A stretch of DNA of 15,308 nucleotides from a virus. Lineage: Duplodnaviria; Heunggongvirae; Uroviricota; Caudoviricetes. The position numbers and the translations under genes were made by a program. Shown one piece after another: positions 1-7,137 of this stretch. The notes below the pieces were generated by a model, which was not told where the DNA came from, did not search any database, and saw only the letters and a program-made list of their open reading frames with translations. The stretch is taken from IMG/VR virus record IMGVR_UViG_3300048588_000114, positions 1-15,308 of that record. The stretch is one strand, 5' to 3'. Position 1 is the stretch's first letter; every line of letters starts with the position of its first letter.

Positions 1-1
1 A

Positions 2-76
2 CGCCTCCCCAAAGAACTCCCATTTAACCTTCAATTGGAACAAGGCTTTCAATCCACTAAGGTAGCTAAGCCTTAA
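2..76 (+). CDS. Possible 3' end of an upstream gene truncated by the window edge ([24 protein letters not shown])
   Basis: Frame 2 is open from base 2 to TAA at 74-76, followed by a 52-nt AT-rich gap before panD. All neighbouring genes are on +. No motif is recognisable. Confidence 0.3.
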   Translation, partial: RLPKELPFNLQLEQGFQSTKVAKP

Positions 77-128
77 AACCAACGTTATTAAGTTTCTCCC
101 ACTTTTACTAATAAATAACCAAATATCT

Positions 129-638
129 ATGTTTCACACCTTACTAAGAGCTAAACTCCACAACGTTGTGGTTACTGACGCCCAGCTTCACTATGTTGGA
201 AGCGTTACAATTGACGAAAATCTAATGAAAGCAGTAGGTTTACTGCCTAATGAGAAAGTCTTAATAGTGAATAATAAGAGAGGTAGTAGGATTGAGACAT
301 ATGTGATAAAAGGCAAGCCGGGTTCTGGTGTGATATGCCTAAATGGAGCAGCTGCTCATCACTTTGCTCCGGGTGAAGAAGCCATCATAATGGCCTTTGG
401 ACACTATGATCAATATGAGGCAAAGTTCCACAGACCTAAAGTCATCTTTCCTTCAGACAAGAACACTAAATGGAAAACTCCAAAAGAGGTAGTATATGAG
501 ATGCTGAAGATGGATGCGCTGGAACAAAGTGAAGGATTCGATTTAGAGTACATCGACAAGTTAGCCTTACAAATGGCTTTCACTCCAGAAGAAATTATAG
601 GCTTCATAGCTGATTTAAAGTATAACGTCAAACAATAA
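129..638 (+). CDS. panD: Aspartate 1-decarboxylase (pyruvoyl-dependent, PanD family) with ~55-aa C-terminal extension
   Basis: PanD residues occur at the same numbers as in E. coli: K9 and H11 (RAKLH), G24-S25 autocleavage site (HYVGSVTID), R54/T57/Y58 (SRIETYVI), N72-G-A-A (CLNGAAA) and I86. The core ends near HRPKVIF..KN (~aa 113), followed by extra helical sequence. Confidence 0.93.
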   Translation: MFHTLLRAKLHNVVVTDAQLHYVGSVTIDENLMKAVGLLPNEKVLIVNNKRGSRIETYVIKGKPGSGVICLNGAAAHHFAPGEEAIIMAFGHYDQYEAKFHRPKVIFPSDKNTKWKTPKEVVYEMLKMDALEQSEGFDLEYIDKLALQMAFTPEEIIGFIADLKYNVKQ

Positions 639-643
639 ACCTT

Positions 644-1843
644 ATGAAAAATGTTGAGTTTAGCCCTAGCTTAGGAGCGGGCAAGAGCAAGGAATTTGAA
701 AATCTCTATTTTCTCCTCTCCAAAGAGATAGTGGCTAATGGTTCCCGGACTGGTTCAAGAAATGGAGACACTGTAGAATATCTAAACTTTAAGACAGTTG
801 TTGAAAATCCACGTGCCCGTTGTGTTGGAGGCTATGGCCGTGATATCAATATCTTCTTTCTTTTAGCAGAAGCCATGTGGATATGGACTGGAAGAAAGGA
901 TTTGGAGTTCTTAAACATCTTCAATTCTAATATGGCGCAGTTTTCAGATGATGGAATGACCTTTCATGCGCCATACGGCTATAGAATGAGGTTTCAAGGC
1001 GAGCACTCCAGCAGTAATGCGCCATATAATCAAAGATTTGATCAATTACATAAGGCATTAAATCTCCTCAAGGCTAATAGCGAAGACAGGCGGGTAGTGA
1101 TAAGTATTTGGAACCCTGAGTTAGATTTAGGTACTCAGTCCAAAGACTTGCCTTGCAACGATATGCTGATGTTTAAGATTAGAAACGGTAGGCTTCATCA
1201 AACAATTCAAAATCGTAGTAATGATCTTCACTGGGGTTTGCCTACAAATGTGTTCCAATTCTCTTTTATCGGAGAAGTGATGTCTAAGATTTTAGGTGTA
1301 GGATTGGGTGATCAGGTGCACAACTCCCAGTCATTACACTGTTATTTATCTAATCCATTGACAAATGCTGTAGCTGAGGCGGTTACGTCTGGCGAAAGGT
1401 CAACCCTGTATGATGATTCTTCATATTCAGAAATGGATTTCCGTTTCGATACTGACTTAGTCAACGCCCGGCTAATGACTGTGGACGAGATATTCAATAA
1501 AATCATTGATAGGCTTCTTATGTACCATAGAGTACATGATTCTACTACATTACAGAATATGATGGGTGATGAAGCATCATTTACTGATAGTATTAGTAAG
1601 CAGTCTGAGTATTTTGCTTTCGTATATGATATGCTACACACCTATATTCTCTATACAAAGACTGAGCGTACTAATGATGATCGTCTTTCTGCGATAGAGA
1701 ATTTACTAACTCTAAAAAGAACTCGTCATTGTTTTGATTACATGACCTTAGGTCTCAACTTCTTTATAAAGCGTTTAAAAGATCGAACCCTACCGGAGGG
1801 CTTATTATCTCTAAATTCAAAAGATTTATTAGGTAAGCTATAA
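644..1843 (+). CDS. Thymidylate synthase-superfamily enzyme, probably a phage dUMP hydroxymethylase-like protein rather than canonical ThyA
   Basis: TS-fold motifs: GSRNG (R21-like), LAEAMWI (E76 = E. coli E58), EDRRVV, catalytic KDLPC171N, R191-S-N-D194, WGLPTN202 (= N177) and SLH232CY. The C-to-R spacing is 20 aa, as in E. coli TS. PCN, RSND and SLH replace canonical PCH, RS[AC]D and GDxH. Confidence 0.85.
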   Translation: MKNVEFSPSLGAGKSKEFENLYFLLSKEIVANGSRTGSRNGDTVEYLNFKTVVENPRARCVGGYGRDINIFFLLAEAMWIWTGRKDLEFLNIFNSNMAQFSDDGMTFHAPYGYRMRFQGEHSSSNAPYNQRFDQLHKALNLLKANSEDRRVVISIWNPELDLGTQSKDLPCNDMLMFKIRNGRLHQTIQNRSNDLHWGLPTNVFQFSFIGEVMSKILGVGLGDQVHNSQSLHCYLSNPLTNAVAEAVTSGERSTLYDDSSYSEMDFRFDTDLVNARLMTVDEIFNKIIDRLLMYHRVHDSTTLQNMMGDEASFTDSISKQSEYFAFVYDMLHTYILYTKTERTNDDRLSAIENLLTLKRTRHCFDYMTLGLNFFIKRLKDRTLPEGLLSLNSKDLLGKL

Positions 1844-1848
1844 GCCCG

Positions 1849-4800
1849 ATGGAAGAGAACTTATCTAAATGGGTGAAATCAAATAACCTCCGGGTTATAG
1901 AGATTTCACCTATTTTATTTGAAATAGAGGAAGTTGGTCGTTTTCTTTTGCTGGAGGAGAAAGAAGGGAAGATCATTGATAAAGACATGAATATTCTCTT
2001 CTACCAGGAAGAACTAAATCTCATTGAGGAACAAGATGTTAAATTCATCCTGTTTGAGTTCGGCGGTAGGTTCTACTACACAGACTACGATGCTGATAAA
2101 TTTGAATCCAATGAATTTACACTAAAAGCGAAATTTAATGACTTCAAGTATTTAGGCAAGAAAAGAAAAGACCTTGACTTAGAGTTTGTTCATTTAGGCG
2201 TTCATTCAGAATATGAACTATTAAACGGGACTAGATTAGCTGAGGATTGGGTGAAGAAAGCAAAATTTCTAGGCCACAAGAGCCTCGCTATAATTGATAG
2301 GAATACTTTAGGGGGAACCCTAGCCTTTCAGCTTGCTTGTGATAAGGCTAAAATCAAACCGATTATTGGGGAGACCATAACTGTAGCTTATGAACAAAGC
2401 GGTGAAAACGTCATAACTAATGAATTAGTTGTTTATGCTAAGAATGAACAGGGGTGGAAAAACCTCCTACTAATTAATAAGCAAATCAATATTGACAACA
2501 ATGGATATATATGGGAAAAAGACCTGAAAAGCTGCTCCTCAGGCATTATCTGTGTACTATCCAAGGAAAGCGTTGTCAATAAAGTTAGTGACCTTAAAAC
2601 AGCCAAAGAATACGTTTTGAAGTACAAGAAATGGTTTGATGGTCTTTACTATCAACTTGATTCTGTTGACTACTTCGATGATTATAAATACAAGGAATAC
2701 GCTTCTTCTGTATATGAATATCTACACAATCTCTATGATTTAGTGCCTCCAATATTGATTGGTGATAGTTATTATATGGATGAAGAAGAGGCAATAGCCC
2801 GTATATATCTAAACGAGACTAAGAGAGTTCGCCAAGCACTCTCCCATCGCCAGCATTACAAGTCTGTATTAGAACATTTTCAATCATTTTATAGTAATTA
2901 CGATATAGATGATGAGAAAAGATATGCTTCAGGTCTAAATTTCTTAGAAGTGCTCCAAGCAGCAATTTCCAATACCTTAGAGCTTGACAAGGAAATCACG
3001 TTTAAAATTGATGTAGGCCGGAATAAGCTACCAAAATTTGAATATGATGGTGATATTGAGGAATTGTTTTTCTCCCTTCTACAGAAAGGACTAAAGAAAA
3101 AAGTTAAGAAGCGTGGGAAAGATGTAGAAACATACCTAAAGAGGCTGGAGGAAGAAGCCGATGTAATAGTGAACGCTAAGTTTGTTGACTATTTCTTGAT
3201 TCTTTGGGATATGATTAAACAAGCTAAGGACAATGGTATTGGCGTAGGCGTAGGAAGGGGTAGTGTTGGAGGCTCACTAATTGCTTATTTATTAGATATA
3301 ACAGACATTGATCCAATTGAGCATGATTTACTCTTTGAGAGGTTCCTAAATAAGACCCGTGCTATGCCTGAGAAGCACTATACCGTCAATGAAACTTTGA
3401 TTGGTAGAGTGACTAAATATAGAGAGGGACAAACTTGTAAGTTGGAAGGGAAAGATATTTTGATTGATGATCTATATAAAATGGATTATAAGAAGTTCGG
3501 ATTAGAGATTAGCATAGAATTAGTCACCCGTCCAGATCAAAACCCTGATATTGATGTAGACTTTTCAACAGCAGGAAAGGATAGTATCAAGCAATTTCTT
3601 AGAGATAGGTATGGAGAAAGGTACGTTTGTTCAGTGGGAACCTATAATACAGCCCGTATCAAAGGGGCAATTAAAGATTTCGCCAGAGCCGATGGACTTC
3701 CGTTCACTTTTGTTAATACGGTAAATAAGTTCATTAGTAAACCTACGCCGGGGGAAGATGATAAGTGGGAGACAATATTTTCTGACGCTATGTCGGCTCC
3801 TATCTTAAAGAAGTTTATAATGGATAACCCTACACTGATCAATGCTGTAAAGAGCATCCTAAATCAGGCTAAGGTTCCATCAATTCATGCGTCTGCGGTG
3901 ATTATCGTTCCTAAGAAAGACCATTTAGGAAATGATATGGATATATTTGACTGGATGCCGGTGCGTAAAGTAGTGGAGGATGGACATGTGACGCTCATAT
4001 CTGAGTGGGAAGGCAAATATTTAGATAAAGCAGGATTCTTAAAAGAAGATATTTTAGGACTATCGCAGCTTGATAAGTTTAGCTTTATACAGAAACTGAT
4101 TAAGCGTCTAAGAGGAGAAGATATTGTGTTAGCAGATATACCGCTTGACGATCAAGAAGCATTTGAAGTGTTCCAAGGAGGCTACACTGAGGATGTGTTT
4201 CAGATGGGGTCTTATGGCCTTAAAAGGTTTTGTAGGATGGTTAAGCCAGACGGCTTTGAGGATATAGTGGCTATAAATGCTCTTTGGCGTCCGGGGCCAA
4301 TGCGTTCTAATGCGCATTTTGATTATGCTGATATTAAACATGGTAAGAAGAAGCCTCAATATGACTATATGCTCAAGTCAGTGACTGATAACACATATGG
4401 TCTCTACGTCTATCAGGAGCAGATCATGAAGGCTACACACGTTCTGGGGAAACTAACCTTGGCCGAATCTGATGAGGTGCGTACCGTGATGAAGAAGTTC
4501 GATAAGGCGAAGATGGCGACCTTTAAGGATAAATTCATCAAAGGGGCTATTGAGAATGGCTGTCCGGAGAAGAAAGCCTCTGTGATATGGGATAAGTTAG
4601 AGAGATTTTCTGGATATGGCTTTAATAAGTCCCATTCAGCAGCATACGGGCTTATGACTTATTGGTGCGCTTGGTTTAAAACACATTACCCGGAAGAATT
4701 CTATACTTCATCTCTAAATTTCAGTCAAGATGAGATTGAAGTCATTCAAATCTTAGATGAAATAGAGTCAAGAAAACTTAGGCTCAAGGTCTATCCACCA

Positions 4801-5553
4801 GACATCAATCGTTCAAACGAATCTTTCTATACGGATGTAGTAAACTCACTAATTTATTGGAGTTTGACGAAAATAAAAGGGCTGGGGGATAAGTCAGTGG
4901 CTAAGATTATGGAGGTACGAAAGAGCGGTGAGTTCCTTTCTGTCTATGATTTTATTGAGAGAATGAAAGGGACGGGCATAGGAGTAGGGGCAGCGAGAAA
5001 TCTCATAATCGCAGGTTGCTTTGATGAAGTTGAGAACTTAGATGAGCCTAAAGATCGCAGAGACCTACTAAAATCCACCTATAAGACTAACAAAGAACTC
5101 ATTGGCTTTGAGGAAAAATACCCAATAGAAATCACAAGGAAAAATTACGTTTGGACTTATGAGCAAAAGGCTCTTACAGGATTCGGGAAAGTTGACTACA
5201 AGGGACTGCTAAGGGCCACTAATCCGAAGCTACCAGACTTATATCTAAACCCGGACGAATTCTTAATTACAGAAGCAAAGAACAAGAAATCAGTTCTAGC
5301 TGGTAGGATAGTTAGTTGGACTGAAAGATCAAGTAAGCGGGGGAAGTTCGGAATCCTACAAATGGAGTGTAACAACAAGATGATGCGTTGTGTTATGTGG
5401 TCTGACGTCTGGGATGAAGCTAAAGATCACATTGAAAAGGCTAAAAAAACTGGTGGATTGGTCGCTATTATAGGCAAAATAGGGTATGATGATTATGCTC
5501 AATGTAATGCCCTCTACTCAGATAGTGAAATAACAAGGATAATTGATTTATGA
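1849..5553 (+). CDS. dnaE: DNA polymerase III alpha subunit (family C, DnaE-type), phage-encoded
   Basis: PHP domain (FVHLGVHSEY, LAIIDRN, IIGET, GDSYY), then YFLILWD, GVGRGSVGGSLIAYLLDITDIDPIEHDLLFERFLN, catalytic PDIDVDF (D569/D571), HASAVII, KEDILGL (D734), NALWRPGPM, YVYQEQIM, GYGFNKSHSAAY, HhH LTKIKGLG, and a C-terminal OB-fold (VLAGRIVSWTERSSKRGKFGILQME). Confidence 0.97.
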   Translation: MEENLSKWVKSNNLRVIEISPILFEIEEVGRFLLLEEKEGKIIDKDMNILFYQEELNLIEEQDVKFILFEFGGRFYYTDYDADKFESNEFTLKAKFNDFKYLGKKRKDLDLEFVHLGVHSEYELLNGTRLAEDWVKKAKFLGHKSLAIIDRNTLGGTLAFQLACDKAKIKPIIGETITVAYEQSGENVITNELVVYAKNEQGWKNLLLINKQINIDNNGYIWEKDLKSCSSGIICVLSKESVVNKVSDLKTAKEYVLKYKKWFDGLYYQLDSVDYFDDYKYKEYASSVYEYLHNLYDLVPPILIGDSYYMDEEEAIARIYLNETKRVRQALSHRQHYKSVLEHFQSFYSNYDIDDEKRYASGLNFLEVLQAAISNTLELDKEITFKIDVGRNKLPKFEYDGDIEELFFSLLQKGLKKKVKKRGKDVETYLKRLEEEADVIVNAKFVDYFLILWDMIKQAKDNGIGVGVGRGSVGGSLIAYLLDITDIDPIEHDLLFERFLNKTRAMPEKHYTVNETLIGRVTKYREGQTCKLEGKDILIDDLYKMDYKKFGLEISIELVTRPDQNPDIDVDFSTAGKDSIKQFLRDRYGERYVCSVGTYNTARIKGAIKDFARADGLPFTFVNTVNKFISKPTPGEDDKWETIFSDAMSAPILKKFIMDNPTLINAVKSILNQAKVPSIHASAVIIVPKKDHLGNDMDIFDWMPVRKVVEDGHVTLISEWEGKYLDKAGFLKEDILGLSQLDKFSFIQKLIKRLRGEDIVLADIPLDDQEAFEVFQGGYTEDVFQMGSYGLKRFCRMVKPDGFEDIVAINALWRPGPMRSNAHFDYADIKHGKKKPQYDYMLKSVTDNTYGLYVYQEQIMKATHVLGKLTLAESDEVRTVMKKFDKAKMATFKDKFIKGAIENGCPEKKASVIWDKLERFSGYGFNKSHSAAYGLMTYWCAWFKTHYPEEFYTSSLNFSQDEIEVIQILDEIESRKLRLKVYPPDINRSNESFYTDVVNSLIYWSLTKIKGLGDKSVAKIMEVRKSGEFLSVYDFIERMKGTGIGVGAARNLIIAGCFDEVENLDEPKDRRDLLKSTYKTNKELIGFEEKYPIEITRKNYVWTYEQKALTGFGKVDYKGLLRATNPKLPDLYLNPDEFLITEAKNKKSVLAGRIVSWTERSSKRGKFGILQMECNNKMMRCVMWSDVWDEAKDHIEKAKKTGGLVAIIGKIGYDDYAQCNALYSDSEITRIIDL

Positions 5554-6212
5554 CCTATAAAAGAACTAATAAAACTAAGAAAAAGATCGAGACACTATTC
5601 AGTTTCATTGATTCTAACAACTTTTATGACCTTGCTGATTCCGATAGATGGCAAGGATTTAGGCTGCTCAAGAAAGACAATACTGCTGAGCATACACATT
5701 ATGTGACTTTGTTTGTGTTATTTATATGCCGGGCACTTGGTTTATCAGCAGAAGACACAATAAAAGTTCTTCAATATGCTATTCTACACGATTTTGATGA
5801 GACTTATAGCGGGGATGTTAGACACCCATTCAAATACAATCCATTTAATGGGCCTCAAGTTAGAGCGGCAATAGACGCCTACACAAATCACCGTCTAACC
5901 AGCCTCAAGTCTGGATTGTTCAATGATGTGCTAAAAGAAATTCCTAAACTGCATGATAATCCTAAGTTTCACAAGATCGTAAAATTAGGGGATTGGATGA
6001 GTATGTACTATTGGCTAGATAGGGAGCGTAAATGTGGCAATAAATTTGTCGTTCCGCACTTGAAATACTGCGTTTCCTCTATTGTTTCTTTAGGGTTGGA
6101 CTTTGAGTCACTCTTCGGTATAGACAATCAAATCAGCAAAGATATCAAACAACAACAAATACAAAATAGACTATGGCAACTTCAACAACAACCAAGCGCA
6201 CCCCGAAACTAA
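5550..6212 (+). CDS. HD-domain deoxynucleotide phosphohydrolase (YfbR/DatZ-like)
   Basis: Pattern RW...NTAEH...AILHDFDETYSGDVRHPFK...IVKLGD matches the YfbR/DatZ signature (RW, AEH, HD-x-x-E, GD-x-x-x-P-x-K, K-x-x-D). ATGA overlap with the dnaE stop. Confidence 0.82.
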   Translation: MTYKRTNKTKKKIETLFSFIDSNNFYDLADSDRWQGFRLLKKDNTAEHTHYVTLFVLFICRALGLSAEDTIKVLQYAILHDFDETYSGDVRHPFKYNPFNGPQVRAAIDAYTNHRLTSLKSGLFNDVLKEIPKLHDNPKFHKIVKLGDWMSMYYWLDRERKCGNKFVVPHLKYCVSSIVSLGLDFESLFGIDNQISKDIKQQQIQNRLWQLQQQPSAPRN

Positions 6213-6571
6213 GCCCGGAGGCAGCAAGACAGAAATCTTTCAATGAAGCAGTGGCTCTCATTAGAAAAAAAGAGCCTGAGATGGCTCAGGCAATCGAAGA
6301 AATGGTTATCCATGTAGGCGGAACCTACGGGGATAAGTATGCTAATTCCCCCATTGAGACAAAAGGGCTAATTTATTGGGCAGATGATAAGGCTAAAGGC
6401 TATAACATAGGGCAGGCTGCTAGATATATTCAGCGCTACCTAACAGATGGTTTCAAAAAGTCTGATAATCCTACAGACATAAAGAAATGTCTTCACTATA
6501 TTCTCTTTGAGCTAACCCGTCTAATTAAACTGGACAAGGTTAAAGTTAAATCTAAAGATATTATAGAGTAA
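6173..6571 (+). CDS. DUF3310-family protein (T7 gp1.7/SaV-like, putative nucleotide kinase)
   Basis: GTYGDKY...IETKGLI...GYNIGQAARYIQRY...KKSDNPTDIKKCLHYIL resembles the family pattern Y..HY...I...F..GN..KY..R...K....DL.KA..Y. Overlaps the HD gene by 40 nt. Confidence 0.62.
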   Translation: MATSTTTKRTPKLSPEAARQKSFNEAVALIRKKEPEMAQAIEEMVIHVGGTYGDKYANSPIETKGLIYWADDKAKGYNIGQAARYIQRYLTDGFKKSDNPTDIKKCLHYILFELTRLIKLDKVKVKSKDIIE

Positions 6572-6573
6572 GC

Positions 6574-7116
6574 ATGGCACAACTCAGATTAAACTTAGGA
6601 GACCGGGAATTATTCCTGAAGGTTGACTTATTCGAGGGGCAAGAAGAGATAGATGTAGACAAGATTTTGAAGATTGATATTCTTAATCTTACTGCTGAAA
6701 TCCTAACCTTTCCAGTGATTTACAACAGGCTAGGTTTAATCTTAGCTGATAAGCAAAACACTCTAAAAGAAGTAGATTTATCCTATCGAATATGGAGAGC
6801 CAAAACTGCTGAGGCAATCAAAAATGAGTGGAATGGTGATGATACCAAAAAGGTTATCCGGGGTGGTAAATTCACTAAGGATGACGTTGAGGACTACATC
6901 CACATCCATCCAGTCTATAAGGCTAAAAAGCAACAAATAGCTAGGGCTGAGAAGGAAGTTGCTTATCTCAATTCAATTTATTGGGCGGCTAAGGATAAGT
7001 CAGATAAGTTAGAGAAATTGTCCCTGATGCTCAAATCTGATGATATAGATTTAGATAATATAGTTAAATCATTCAATGGGGTGCAGATAAAAGTTAAGAA
7101 ACCACTAATTTCATAA
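6574..7116 (+). CDS. Putative recombination mediator protein, UvsY-like
   Basis: Predicted long amphipathic helices with the FTKDDVEDYI...YKAKKQQIARAEKEVAYL...KSDKLEKL pattern typical of UvsY-like proteins. It sits immediately upstream of the SSB and RecA/UvsX genes. Confidence 0.5.
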   Translation: MAQLRLNLGDRELFLKVDLFEGQEEIDVDKILKIDILNLTAEILTFPVIYNRLGLILADKQNTLKEVDLSYRIWRAKTAEAIKNEWNGDDTKKVIRGGKFTKDDVEDYIHIHPVYKAKKQQIARAEKEVAYLNSIYWAAKDKSDKLEKLSLMLKSDDIDLDNIVKSFNGVQIKVKKPLIS

Positions 7117-7137
7117 ACAAATAAAACAAAAACAACA

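Noticed and set aside
90-120. TAAGTTTC (near Bacteroidota TAnnTTTG) and AATAAATA (near T4 late TATAAATA) upstream of panD as promoters
   Set aside because: Each has a mismatch and is unsupported by a second element or by recurrence elsewhere.
4600-4660. Possible intein at the classic DnaE GY/CFNKSH insertion site
   Set aside because: The sequence reads continuously SGYGFNKSHSAAY. There is no insertion and no split gene.
5550-6212. Calling this a Z-genome (2-aminoadenine) system because of the DatZ-like gene
   Set aside because: No purZ or mazZ is in the window, and the neighbouring TS-like gene points to pyrimidine modification. It is kept only as an alternative to check.
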